Both the position numbers and the translations under genes were made by a program. The notes under the pieces are model-generated. The model made no database searches and was not told the DNA's origin. It was given only the letters and a program-made list of their open reading frames with translations. DNA of 62,082 nt, the filler included, from Circinaria calcarea (Eukaryota): assembly GCA_051942165.1 (NCBI GenBank). It is 12 parts of 12 records of this genome, joined end to end, with 100 filler letters (N's around TTAATTAATTAA, not from the genome) between each part and the next. Parts side by side here need not be neighbours in the genome. Positions count along the whole stretch, not along the records: positions 1 to 5,092 come from JAVECS010002050.1; positions 5,193 to 10,281 come from JAVECS010002051.1; positions 10,382 to 15,470 come from JAVECS010002052.1; 9 more parts are not named here. The stretch is one strand, 5' to 3'. Shown here piece after piece: positions 1 to 11,580 of this stretch. Numbering within the stretch: the first letter of the stretch is position 1; each line of letters begins with the position of its first letter.

Positions 1-789
1 GTGCCAACCCCCAGAAACGGAACGGAATAAAAACAGAAACGGAATTTGGGATATTTTTTATAAAAATAACCTCTGGAATCCTGGAAATTATTAATTACAT
101 CCTTTTTCTCCGGTTCTTCTTTCTCAATAAAATTACCCAAAGGGGCCCCTGCATTCTGCATTCTGCCTTCTGCCTTCTGCCTTCTGCCTTCTGCCCCTCT
201 TTTTTGGTGTTGGGGGCAGCCCTCTTGAATTATCTTTTTTTCTTCCTTCTTAACTTTTTAATCCGTCGAGACATTGAATCAGAGGAAGTAATAAAAAGCC
301 CAAAGAAATAAAAAGGCAAGAATAAAAAAAAATACCCCGCTGCGTTCGTTCATTTGCGTTCGTTCGTATTCATTTCTCATTCGCGTCGAGTGACTCCCTC
401 CCCCACTCTAAAAGAAAAAAAGGACGCCTGTCGCATTGCATTGCATACTTTGCGGGTCAGAAACCCTGTATTAATCCTAGCCCCCCGCGGGGGGGGGGGG
501 GGGAAGCAAAACGAGAAGGATTTGAAATGGGGAGAACAGTGAAAAATGGATAATGTGAGCCCCCAAGGGGAAATTTTGGATAAAGTGGTTGTTTCCAATG
601 TGAACCGCTTAATTGAAATTTTCTTTAATCTAACAAGTTCTGAAAAAAGTACTTTGCTTCGAGATCAAAAGGCGAGTAAGACCTGATGGAAAATTATCAG
701 ATATCCGCAAATTTACTCGCTCGCCACCACGGTGTATCACAACCCCGATGCAAACAACCAAACAAAAGCAAGATTGAAGAATTTTCAAT

Positions 790-1389
790 CTATCCCAACT
801 CTATTCGACACGTCGAACCTAATAGATACAACGACCACCGGTCTCCATGCCCAGTTGCAAACTCGAGCATGTGATTCCAAGCATCAGCCATGGCAACATC
901 GCTCGAGACGCACGTATACACCGTCTCCTCGGTCTCAGATTCCGGATCGGTCAGCTTGGCGATAAAGACATCGCCTCTAAATTCCAGAAATTCCCCGCTG
1001 ATGAGACCAGCCTTGTGCTGGTTAACAAATAGGTGGCTTGCAGTTGACCAGAAAACAACGTACGTTCCGTTGGCGACAGGATTGACGTGTTCCCTGATCG
1101 TGAACCTGGCGTTGTGGCGTGGATCCCAGCCATAAACGCCCCAATAGGGACACAAGTCCGGCACGCATGTCACCAGTACCGGGGCATTGCCTGTCCCAAC
1201 TACTGCCACGGGGATGCATTCGTATGGAGTGCCATCATATGGAATTCGTACGACTAGGGGAGTAATAGGGGGCGGGTCTATCGATTCACCATCGGCTCTT
1301 GAGTTCGGGTATGCCATGGTAGTGCCATTGACGGTCGCGACCGCAGATGATATATCAGTGCCATTGATAGTTGTGGCCGGAGTGGTCAT
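790..1389 (-). CDS. Hypothetical fungal protein (~199 aa; RIPxDG...PDLxxYW...GxYxxF...FRGDVFIAK motif set)
   Basis: Intronless ORF; most plausible ATG is 1389 (MTTPATT...), since the upstream in-frame extension looks non-coding. Globular-looking motifs; function unknown. Confidence 0.6.
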   Translation of the reverse strand: MTTPATTINGTDISSAVATVNGTTMAYPNSRADGESIDPPPITPLVVRIPYDGTPYECIPVAVVGTGNAPVLVTCVPDLCPYWGVYGWDPRHNARFTIREHVNPVANGTYVVFWSTASHLFVNQHKAGLISGEFLEFRGDVFIAKLTDPESETEETVYTCVSSDVAMADAWNHMLEFATGHGDRWSLYLLGSTCRIELG

Positions 1390-2001
1390 GGTGTAAATTG
1401 TTGTCCTTATGGTTGTTCGGTTTTCATAGAGCACTCTGACAAGGTTCCACAAATGTGTAGGCGGCAATCCTATCCAGTCTTGAAGGAGGTGGGTGGTGTA
1501 GCTATATACCTTCTTGTCAGCATGTCGAGCAGGAACAAACAGTAGATAGCGATATATATCAGTAACCTGTCTGGCTGTAGGAAAACTCCAAAATAGCAAA
1601 CAGAGGTTAAAGCATCTGGACATAAAATGCTCTATCAACGAGGAAACTAACATGTATGATTCAATGACGGCTGTCAAATCAACCAGCTGATCATCTCGCT
1701 TCGCTGGCTAAACTCTTAGAACAACGCATTAAGAGTTATCATGCCACGTTGTAGGCGGTAGCGATAATTCTCTGATGGTAGAAATCGTTCGATAAAGGAC
1801 GTGATTGGTTGATTATATAGGGGCTTGCCTCCTTATTTTCCAAAGGGGAACCACGCACCAAAGGAGATACGGCCTCGAGTATCATCGGATTTCGTGCAAG
1901 TCGTAAGTACGAGGGTGTTGTTATGACCGATAGGGACCCTAGATCCGCCTGTCATCCAACTTACCAAACTTCCCTAGATATCCATCTTTCGCCTCTTCCA
2001 T

Positions 2002-2364
2002 TCAGACTCTCCTTAGCCACCCCCAAAACCCCATACCAATCCAGCAGCACCCCACCACTACCCCTACCGCTGTGATGACCATCCCCATAACAACCCACTT
2101 CCTCATTTCTAGTGCCCTTCCAATCTCCATCCTCGCCATCTTCCTATGTTTCGCGCGCCAGAACCACGATTCCTCGCTCTTGCCTTGGGTGTAATTGAGA
2201 GAGTTATGATTGCGGGTATCAACTAGGAGAAGGGAGAAAAGAAAGGAGGCGAAGAGGAGGGGGTTGAAGAAGAGGCGGGTGAGAAGAGAATCTGGGGGCG
2301 GAGAGTCGGTAGATGTGTTGTCATTGCGCTTTTGAGAAGCGTTAGGGGAGGGTGGTTTGGCCAT
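2002..2364 (-). CDS. Conserved small fungal membrane protein (two hydrophobic segments flanking a KHRKMARMEI motif)
   Basis: ORF with TM segment LFFNPLLFASFLFSLLLVD and a C-terminal TM segment; start may be 2364 or 2421. Confidence 0.6.
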   Translation of the reverse strand: MAKPPSPNASQKRNDNTSTDSPPPDSLLTRLFFNPLLFASFLFSLLLVDTRNHNSLNYTQGKSEESWFWRAKHRKMARMEIGRALEMRKWVVMGMVITAVGVVVGCCWIGMGFWGWLRRV

Positions 2365-2661
2365 GGAGAAGGAAGTGGAAGAGCTGAATGACGAGATAAC
2401 GGTTGGAGAGGACATGACCATGGTGCGTTGTAATGCAAGCGGGGGAAAACGATGAGTGATTTGGTGGTATCTTATGTGCCAGTCTTGTATTCGCGATAGG
2501 ATTATAGTTGGATTCGCGCAACCTCGATTTCTCAAGGGAACCGAGATATTTCAAGACTTGCTTAGACCAATATATAACCTTCGTTCGATGCTCTCGGTCA
2601 GCCAGCAAGAAATGCTAACAACCACGTCGGCAACTTTGGATGACTGTTATCTAATTTGGCA

Positions 2662-3572
2662 CTAGGTGTTTCCCTCTCTCGCTGGCGCTCATTCGGGAGG
2701 TAGGCTTCGCTACCGCGTGGTATTAAATAAAATCCCCAGCTTTAATTGCTCTCTCAATTTTCAACGAAATCTTAATGATAGAAGCTCAGATTATAGTGCT
2801 GAATGGGCGCTTTCGAATACCGTTTTATTTGCTAAATTCGGTAGAGGAAATAAAATCATATTTTACTGCGAACATAACGGTGGAAAACATGATATGCGTG
2901 CTTCTACTTTGCGAATACTACGCGAAAACTATATGAAATCCCCACCTTTAATTATTCTATAGCTTTTGAATAGAATTGCGTGCATAGAAGCTCATATTAA
3001 TGCGCGGAATAAGCGCTTTCAAATGCCGTTTCATTTGCTGAAATCGGTAGGGGAAATAAAATCATATTTCACTGCGAAAATGAAGGTGGAGAACATGATA
3101 TGCGTGTTTCCACCATGGGAATACTACGCGAAAACTACGTGGAATCCCTAGCTTCAATTTCTTTATCAATTTTCAACGAAAACCCGTGCATAGAAGCTTA
3201 TATTAATGCGCTAAATAAGCGTTTTCAAATACCGTTTCACTTGCTCGAATCGATATGGTAGAAAAAATCATATTTAACTACGAATATTGTAGTATTCGTG
3301 GTGGCAATGCGCTCGCAGATTCGGAGGTTCGGAAGTTCGGTTCCGCGCAGTTCCCACGTATATACATATATTAAATGCGACTTTTATTATTACGTATACT
3401 ACTAATTCTTGCATATAGGGGCTTATTTTCAAGGCCTTAATCAGAGCTTTCATATGACCTTTTGATTTTAGAAATGTATTAAAAATTCGTGATGATATTA
3501 GCACTGCATGTTATAGAACACGGAGAATAGCGAGATTAATTATGTGATCTGGGTTTTCCAGCTGGACCCTTT
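2662..3572 (-). mobile_element. Non-autonomous Helitron-like element, family 1, copy A
   Basis: Homologous end to end to 5634-6311. Minus strand starts AAAGGGTCCAGCTGGAAAAC and ends with hairpin GGTAG-CGAAGC-CTACC ... GAGCGCCAGCGAGAGAGG...CTAG followed by T (CTRR|T). A canonical 5' TC is not evident. Confidence 0.65.
2731..3290. repeat. 206-bp tandem repeat, ~2.7 copies, inside the Helitron-like element
   Basis: Units start with AATCCC at 2731, 2937 and 3143 and share blocks such as ATAGAAGCT and AAAATCATATTT; the first two also share GAATACTACGCGAAAACTA. Confidence 0.85.
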
Positions 3573-4430
3573 GTCACTCTTGGCACTTATTATTTTGTTA
3601 CTTCTAATTGGAGGACCGCAGCTTGGCTAGCGTATCTTAAAATCCTTGGCTTTTCCACCAGACATCTACTGTACATTCTACCACAGTACCATAAGCTCTA
3701 GCAAGCAACTACCTACATTAGAAGACAAGGCTGTGTATATGCTGTTGTTTGTAAAGACTTAGTCTATCCACTCCAAGCCGTGCGTCTCAAGTCTGAGAGT
3801 GCAAAGGCAGGACAAAGGATCCGAAAGATGGCCAAATACACGATGATTGTACTACCAGGGGCTGCAGCATAAAAGCCCTGAAGGGAGTGCACGGTACAAG
3901 GAAAAGTCGGTGGAAGTTAATCGACGTGGGATTTAATAAACACGAATCTGGCCTCTTCGTGTAGGTAGGTTCCATGGGTTTCGACTAATTAACATACAGT
4001 CAGGAAAAACTCAGAAATGCCTCATGTTAAAAAGCTCCTCGTAGTGAAGCAGTTTTATGGTTGATATTCTTCTGAAAAGGCCGACTTTTAGATCGATATG
4101 GTCATAGCTTGGCCAGGCGGCGTAGCATGCTGGGCAGCGACCTTTCACCGAGGGAAGGGGAATCAATAAAGCCATAACAGATGAAGAATGATGATACGAG
4201 GTAGGTAGTAAAGCGAAGGATGGCAAGAAGCGCTAGAGGAGTAGCTAAATGATAGCGGGTGATTGAGGATTCTCGACCGAACCGGTATGGAATATGGCGT
4301 TATGCAACCGTATTCCCAGCGGATGATAACAAAATACAGTTCCACCAAGCGCCAAAGCTCAGCAAAATCCCTGGATATCCTTTTTCCCTCCCCAAGTTTC
4401 AAACGCCAGACCAGATGCCAAGGATGGATA

Positions 4431-5092
4431 TCACTCAATCTTAGGCGGATTCTTACTATTCGTACTATGCGAGAATGGACTATGGCTTCGTCTGCAGTCA
4501 CCAGAGTTAGCGCCTGATTCACCGAAATGCTGACGGAGGGAATACTCACGATCTCCTCTCACCTTCCTTTCTATATTCTTCAATAATGTGCATCATCTCC
4601 TTTCTCCCTGCCGCAGCATCCACGGTCCTCCCTGCCATACTCATATTAATCTGCTGCGACGAACCTGCTTTGAGCAGTCGCCTCAACAATAGATGTTTCA
4701 TGTGTATGCAAACGAACAGCCCACAGTCACTGCCGTTCTCCTGCTGCGGTGAATCATCCAAGTCGACGAACTTCAAGTCCTTGCCTATCAAGGTACCGAT
4801 CCTCTGTGTTAACAGCGTGGCATCACAGCTATTTGATGGATAGAGAGAATCATAGTGGAATGCAACCCCATCAATAATACTGACGACGAGTAAAGACCAA
4901 TGGCTGCCACCTTCCCCGATTTCGGCAACACGGTCGTTGATGGGAACAAATATGTGCGTCGTCTCGGTAAAGTCTGGAAGATTGCCTTTAAGGCTGGCAG
5001 TATCGGGTATAATCTTGAGCATCTGGGACATGGTAGGGCGGAGAAGGACGATATGCGCATTCTGGTGCTGGCTAAGGTGTTCACGTTCGAGG
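4431..5092 (-). CDS. denA: Ulp1-family NEDD8-specific protease (DEN1/NEP1/SENP8-like), 5'-partial; intron 4492-4549
   Basis: IFVPIND...GGSHWSLL...FHYDSL...QQENGSDCG catalytic motifs. Intron GTGAGT...GCTAAC...CAG gives last exon RSHSPFSHSTNSKNPPKIE* ending at 4431. Confidence 0.85.
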
Positions 5093-5192
5093 NNNNNNNN
5101 NNNNNNNNNNNNNNNNNNNNNNNNNNNNNNNNNNNNTTAATTAATTAANNNNNNNNNNNNNNNNNNNNNNNNNNNNNNNNNNNNNNNNNNNN
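5093..5192. other. Artificial contig spacer (first of 11; others at 10282-10381, 15471-15570, 20660-20759, 25848-25947, 31034-31133, 36220-36319, 41404-41503, 46585-46684, 51752-51851, 56919-57018)
   Basis: Identical N44-TTAATTAATTAA-N44 linker with stops in all six frames; flanking contigs decrease in length from 5092 to 5064 bp. Confidence 0.98.
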
Positions 5193-5588
5193 ATCACCGA
5201 GCACGGTCAGACCTGGGTCGCTGAACGCCTCCCCTTTGTCGGCAAAACATTCCATGGCCGGCGGGCTACCTCGGACAAGACTGTCCACGACACCAGCTGC
5301 GACGAATACTTTGACCTTCTCGGGGCCACGTTGGTATTCCATCCACACGAAAACACATTACCACCGCTGGAAGGGTATGTTGTCGACGCGGATACAGACT
5401 ATCGAGGTGGAAAACCTGGATCGGGCGCGGTCATGGTGAAAGCCAATTCGCGACTCTCGGCGATCAAGAGCGGACAGAGCTGGGAAGAAGATTTTGTCTT
5501 CGTTTTCAGTGACTTTGGCGCGGACGGTAAGATTGGTAGCATGGAGATCTGGGCAGACAACTTGAGTGGATGGTTGGCCGTTGTATAG
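5193..5588 (+). CDS. Conserved fungal SnoaL/NTF2-like fold protein, 5'-partial
   Basis: Open frame from contig start: ITEHGQTWVAERLPFVGKTFHG...CDEYFDLL...GQSWEEDFVFVFSDFGADGKIGSMEIWADNLSGWLAVV*. Confidence 0.7.
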   Translation: MTEHGQTWVAERLPFVGKTFHGRRATSDKTVHDTSCDEYFDLLGATLVFHPHENTLPPLEGYVVDADTDYRGGKPGSGAVMVKANSRLSAIKSGQSWEEDFVFVFSDFGADGKIGSMEIWADNLSGWLAVV

Positions 5589-5633
5589 GAGAAGTTGGTT
5601 TGTAAATGATGACGATGGGTACGATAAAATTTT

Positions 5634-6311
5634 AAAGGGTCCAGCTGGAAAACGGAGATCACATAACGAATTTATACTCTATAGCTTCACTATGGCTAGA
5701 TGATCACAGAGTTTCAGCACATTTCTAAAATAGAGGCTCATATAGAAGCCCCGATCAAGACGATGAAACTGAGTCTCTATATGCCAAAATCTGTTGTATA
5801 TATAATAGTAAGATTGCATTGCATACATATGCACGCGTGGGAGCTGAGCGGAAGGGTCCAGCTGCGCAATTCCGCTGCGAAATCTCCAGAAACTTCCGCG
5901 GACACTGAAATCTTCGCTGTTATATATATGATATTCTCTACACTACGGAATTAAATTAAATGAAAATGCGTTGGGATGCGCCGAATAAGCACAATAATAT
6001 GAGCTTCTATGCACGCAATTCTATTGAAAATTGTAGGATCGAACACTGTAACCTTCGCAGTTGGATATGATTTCTTCCATACTATGAAATCACGTAAATA
6101 AGAGGGTATTTGAATGCGCTGAATGAGCACAATCATCTAAGCCTCTATGCACGGGTTTGGTTGAAAATTATCAGAGAAATCGTAGGTGGGGATTTTTATG
6201 TGGAATTCGCATAGTGGAAAATCACCTCTTATATTCTTCGTAGACTACCCCGCTGGTAGCGAAGCCTACGTGCTTTCCGAACGAGCGCCAGCGAGAGAGG
6301 AAAACGCCTGG
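5634..6311 (+). mobile_element. Non-autonomous Helitron-like element, family 1, copy B
   Basis: Starts AAAGGGTCCAGCTGGAAAAC; ends GGTAGCGAAGCCTAC...GAGCGCCAGCGAGAGAGGAAAACGCCTGG|T (CTRR|T). Shares GAGCTTCTATGCACGCAATTCTATT with copy A. Confidence 0.65.
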
Positions 6312-6576
6312 TTATCTATTCAACGGAATAGAGGATGTTCCTCTGCTAGCATATCGAATTCGTCACAACGACGAAACACTGCTATTAGTGACATGAGTTT
6401 TCTACAGTTTGCTTTGCAAAATGTACTCAACCCGTAATTAAGATATCAGGATTGGTTGAAGCCAACGGTGCTATATTCTCTAAATATCTTTATACCGTAC
6501 ATGCAAGGACTTCCTTGTCTAAATGCAAGATAACGCCAAAACATAGACAGCGTGCAATCCTGCTACTACCATTGAG

Positions 6577-8331
6577 CTAATTACTTGTCGTCGGCATTCC
6601 CGCCGCTTCTCGCACCTGCAGCGCAGCCGCTGCCTTTTCCTCAAATGTCAAGTCGCTCTTCGCCTTCTTTATCCTCACAAAGGCCGCCATGATTACCAAA
6701 GCAACTCCAGCGCACGCTAGTTGATACCAGAATACCGATTGGTAACTTCGCCTCAGCCCAAGATCTCGAGTTTGGGTCTGGACAACATCTGCGAAGCCGA
6801 TGAGGAATGCAATGCCCAGATATAGAAGGCTGTTGATCAGGGCGCCTGCGAGACCCTGACGGTTTGATGCTAGATTTGTAGTGATGAAGATGTTGGCCAC
6901 ATTGAACAAAACGTCGATTCCGATTGTAGCACAGACCATCGACGGGAAGACGTAGGACCAGTATAATGCTCCCACCGGAGCCACAGCGAACAGAACGGAG
7001 GCAATTATCCAGCCGCACCCGGCTATAAGCATCAATATTGTACCGGAAATTAGATGGAGCACGTAACCGCCAAGGACGGAGATGAGGACTCCTCCAACGC
7101 ACATGGGAACGTACCAGGCTGCGACCTGCAGCGGAGTTGCACCCAAAATGTCTTGCATGTAGAGAGTCGCGTAGAGAAGGAAGATCCCGAGGCATCCGTA
7201 AGAGAAAAATAGAGCGACGAAGAGTGGCTTCAGATAAGGCACTTCAAAGAGGTCAAAGGGAATCAGGGGAGCCTTGGCCACCCAGCCTTCCACGTAAACA
7301 GCCGCGCCAAGGAGCAGAGAGCCCACAATGAGCAAGACATAAATATAAGGTGTCCGCCAACCATCCGGTGCGCCGGAGCTATCTGTGATGGCAAATACCA
7401 CGAGAATCAATCCGGACACAATGAGGGCCGCGCCAAGCCAGTCCATTTCCACTCTCATCTTCCTGTGTTCCTCCACATCTGACGGAACGGTCAAGTACGC
7501 AGCGACGAGGGTAGTAAAAACCAAAATCGCTCCAATCCAGAAGTACCATCCAAAACGTAGAAAAGAGCCGGTCAAGCCAGCAATGAAGACTCCAAAAAAG
7601 AACCCCAATGGCGCCGATCCTCCATAGAGACTAAACACCAGATTCTTACGTGGGCCTGGTCGATAGATATTTCCCATCAGTAAAACTCCCGAAGGTAGGA
7701 ATGCGGCCGGCCCAAGGCCTTGTAAGGCACGGCAGAAATCCAGCATCAGCTCATTGGTAGAGAATCCTACGATTATAGACCATGCGAAGAACCAAGCCAA
7801 TCCGATCAGGTAGACGGGATATCCGCCATAGATATCCGAGAAACGGCCGAAAGGCAGCAGGAAGGCCGATGTGACGAGGGCAAAAGCGCCGGCGGGCCAC
7901 ACCACTGACGCTTGGGGGATATGGAGTTCGTCGATCAGCGTTGGGAGGATGACGTTGAATCCTGAGACAAAGTACTCCTGCATGCCGGATCAACCGAGGA
8001 AATCTCGGGGGGGGGCAAAGGACGGGCCACTTACCGCCATGAACTGCGATGCGAGGATTGAGTACACAAAAAGGATCTCGGCCGTCAGCGACTTGAACTG
8101 AGGAGGTCGTTGTCTCCCCAGCCGTTCGATGCGGGCCTTTTCGCTTTCTTCCTTGGGAGGCTCTCCCTTTTCATTGGTGACGGACGGCGACTCGGCACTG
8201 TCCGGTGTTGGCGCTATTGCGGGCGTCAAAGTAGACGACGGTTCTCGATATGGGATTTGGATTCGTGAGTTGCAACTGATGATGGTGGCCACAGAGCCGG
8301 TGCGCCCTTCCGGGTCTGGACCAGTTGGCAT
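6577..8331 (-). CDS. MFS drug:H+ antiporter (DHA2/Atr1-like), 2 exons, intron 7978-8034
   Basis: LLPFGRFSDIYG motif A, RALQGLG and many TM helices. GTAAGT...CAG intron joins the 7990-8340 and 6577-7983 ORFs in frame. Confidence 0.92.
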
Positions 8332-9861
8332 CTTGATCACTCACGATGCTCGATTGGATTGAGTAAAGGTTGAAGAAGAGAATAATAAGAAAACACTGCG
8401 GACAAGTGTGGAGAGGATATTACGATCAGGCAGGTTGCATGAATGATATTACCGACGAGACAGCAAATCTAGGGTGCGATGGCGTGGATGTGTGTGCGTC
8501 CAGGTGAGGGCGTGTGAAGGGCAACGCCTTATATTTATTTCACTGTCATGCTGCTCTCGGGTCAGATCTTGGGAGTTGCAACCTCAGCGCAGGACGAACG
8601 CATTGGTAATCTCCAGGGTAAGCCAGACGAGCGGTGGCGGGTGGAAGTGGGCGAGAAGCCGGCGTGGGATGGCTATGACGCCCGGCAACGTGAGTTTGGG
8701 CATCACGATTGACAAGATTTCTAATAGCCATCGCGATGTTCGGCTATTTGACGATCGGGGAGGAGACAGAAGACAGCAGTTGAGTGATCTCGAAGCGTGG
8801 CTGCCGATGAGATCGGGATCCAGGGTTCAATGCCCTGGCGCCGAGGCAATATGGGGAACAGGGCCCAAGTAGAGAGATAATTACCGCCGATGCCTCCCAA
8901 TCTGCTTGGAGGAGCTGATAGTAACCTCCCAATGTAATGTATCCCGCCGGCGAAGGACGGATAGGGAGAGGAAAGGGAAAGGGAAAGGGAAAGGGACTAC
9001 TGGGGAGTTGGGAAGAATTGTCGATGAGGCTCTTCGCATGGGTTCTCAACTTCTCGCCGGGTGACGCAAGTGGGGAAGCCACATCCTTGATGCTACCAGT
9101 AAGAGTGCTAAGGTAACCTTTGTAATTTACTTGGGGCTAGTGGCCTTAGAATACATGTAGCTTGCAATTGGTACATCTAGGCGCGCCCCGAACAGTGAAG
9201 AATCATCGTCCGCCATCAGAGAGCAAAGGATTCAAATCACTGATATTCAGTTCAAGATCTGGATCCATGTCTGACGAGCACAAAGCATCCGAGTAACGGC
9301 GGGAGTTCAACGGTCTCTTACTAATACCAGCAACGACCTTTGCCCGTGGCACTTGATGAAGGTACACTTCGGAAGAATCTCCGACATGGAGGTCTCGCGT
9401 GATTTCTAACCGTACCATACCCGGTCCCTACTCTTCCGGCGAGGCTGCTACGGAGTACTGTAAGCAAAGCGACGGGGGCTCGGCAAAATGTTCTCCCACT
9501 GGTGTCATAATTCTCTGCTCCCCCAGTAGGGCCAGGGGCGAAATCGAAATATGACACAGACATTGGGCCGGGGAACGAGTAATGACATAAGAAGATATGT
9601 CTTCCCCTGTTACTGCTCTCCTCCAACCGGCGGCTAAGGCACGGAGCAAAGAGAATTGGCAGAGACTTAATCTATACAGGTAGGGCTACCGTCCGTACCT
9701 TATGAGACCCCGAGCATTTCTGGTCATCAAAGTCACCATGACGTTGCCTGTACTCTTGAATCAACCGCCTGCTCGTGTCATACTCGACCTCACCAAGCAT
9801 CCATCTGTCGGTCACGCCTAGCTGTTCGATCCCTCCTCGGCAAGCAGCAGCAACACTCACA

Positions 9862-10281
9862 ATGCATTGCGATCACATTCTCAGCGTCTTCAGCTTCGCT
9901 TTACTAGGCGCAAGCCAGCAAATCCCTCTGGATCCAGGCGTTTCCGGGCCTCCGCTGGAGTTGGTTCACGTCTACAATGATGAATTCCCTACCGGTGTGT
10001 TGCCACTCATTTTTGGTCTGCCATGCGGGAGCAGGTCACTGATCTCTCAATAGGTATTGCCGTCTCTTCAACCGGTAGAAAGTTCAGCAACTACCCACCA
10101 GCGTTGGATGCAAACAACACCAAAGACGCCACCAATGCGAAGTATACCGTTGCAGAGTTCATGTCCAATAATACCGAAAGGCCATATCCCAGTGTAGAGA
10201 TCAACTCTCCACCCGGCGGAGCCATCAACTATACAACGTTCCCTGCCAGTTAGTCATTCCCGGAAACACCTGGCGGGACAA
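9862..10281 (+). CDS. Secreted major-royal-jelly/yellow family protein, 3'-partial; intron 9995-10053
   Basis: Signal peptide, then GPPLELVHVYNDEFPT|GIAVSSTGRKFSNYP...YTVAE...ERPYPSVEINSPPGG, typical of the fungal MRJP N-terminus. Confidence 0.85.
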
Positions 10282-10942
10282 NNNNNNNNNNNNNNNNNNN
10301 NNNNNNNNNNNNNNNNNNNNNNNNNTTAATTAATTAANNNNNNNNNNNNNNNNNNNNNNNNNNNNNNNNNNNNNNNNNNNNGGGGAGTAGGCTGGGGGGT
10401 AGTGGGTAGTGGGTAGTGAAAGGATGACGAGGCGTTTTGGTTTGAGGAATGAAGGAAAGGAAAGGAAGGGGAGGGGATATTAGTGGATGTTGAAAGCTGA
10501 GGCTGAGTTGAAGACAACTTTAGATTTAGATTTGAATTTCCCCCCCCCCTTTTCTTGTACTGTACCATCCTGTGCTGTACCGTCCTGTGCTGTACTGCCC
10601 GTTACATACGTTCACATTCTTACGACGTACCACGTATGACGGGAAAGAGAGCAACGAAGCCCTCTCCTACCCCCCGGGGAATCCAGAAATCCCTTGGAGC
10701 ACCGAATCGAGTTAGGAGTTATCACGTCTCTCGGACCCATCGACCAAACTCGTTTCCGTAAGATGGAGATGGAGATGCTGTGGAGGAGGGAGAGGAGGGA
10801 AGAGGAGAGGAAGGGAGAGGAGGGACCAGCTGGGAGGCGGAAAGCAGAGGAGGGAGGCGTGAATGACTTTCCGTTACAATTCTCAATTCCCATCATCCTC
10901 GCTTGATTCATATATAGTCTCCCAAGAGTCCTGCCTGCCCGG

Positions 10943-11047
10943 CAGTGTTCGCACCACCGAGTCGTGACCTTCTGCTGATGCCGCTTCCAGTGCATTACCA
11001 TACTGTCCGCCCTGGGCATTCACTTCGGCCCCGTGATCCAGAAGTAA
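10943..11047 (-). pseudogene. Isolated single ankyrin repeat homologous to the neighbouring NLR repeats
   Basis: Translates LLLDHGAEVNAQGGQYGNALEAASAEGHDSVVR; nucleotide-level match to the 99-bp NLR units; no convincing flanking ORF. Confidence 0.75.
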
Positions 11048-11522
11048 CGAGCGGACTCCAACACATCCATCGCGGCGTTAGACTCCAGGCGTTGGAAATT
11101 ACATATGTCGAATTCTTTCTTGTACATAGTCGTTTTAGACATTTAACGTGCATACGAGGGAAATGGGATAGCTAAGGCTATTTCCAAGGGGCATTGCATT
11201 TCATGAGCGGATGTATTTCATGAGCGGCTGTATAATGGGAGAATACCTTGCTTTTATATATAGTGAGCCGATGGGGGTCTTATCCGGTGGACCTGACTCT
11301 TGTCATGATATTAAATTCTCTCCACAACCACTTTTAAATGAATTTTGAACAGTACGGGTGCTATTCCGTATGCTTGGTAATGAACTGCCAAACCCCCCGG
11401 TTGAGTCGGCGTAAACTGCTCCGATTCCGTCAAAGATCCTCCTGAGATTCTATTGGCATTTTACCGAGGTCCAAGTTCTTCCGGACTATACGGAGTACTC
11501 TGCGTCTCACACACTATTTTTG

Positions 11523-11580
11523 TGGGTTAGGGCCTATGGTTAGGGATTACGGGTGGGGTTAGGGGTTAGGTTTTAAGGGT
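11523..11580 (+). repeat. Degenerate TTAGGG-like interstitial repeat
   Basis: GGGTTAGGG...GGTTAGGGATTACGGG...GGGGTTAGGGGTTAGG. Confidence 0.55.

Noticed and set aside
2731..3290. CRISPR-like array
   Set aside because: Contiguous diverged 206-bp units with no unique spacers, in eukaryotic DNA with no cas genes.
8740..8846. tRNA-like T-arm CAGGG-TTCAATG-CCCTG
   Set aside because: No convincing D-arm/A-box or anticodon arm, and only partial acceptor pairing.
11523..11580. True telomere
   Set aside because: Short, degenerate and internal to the contig.
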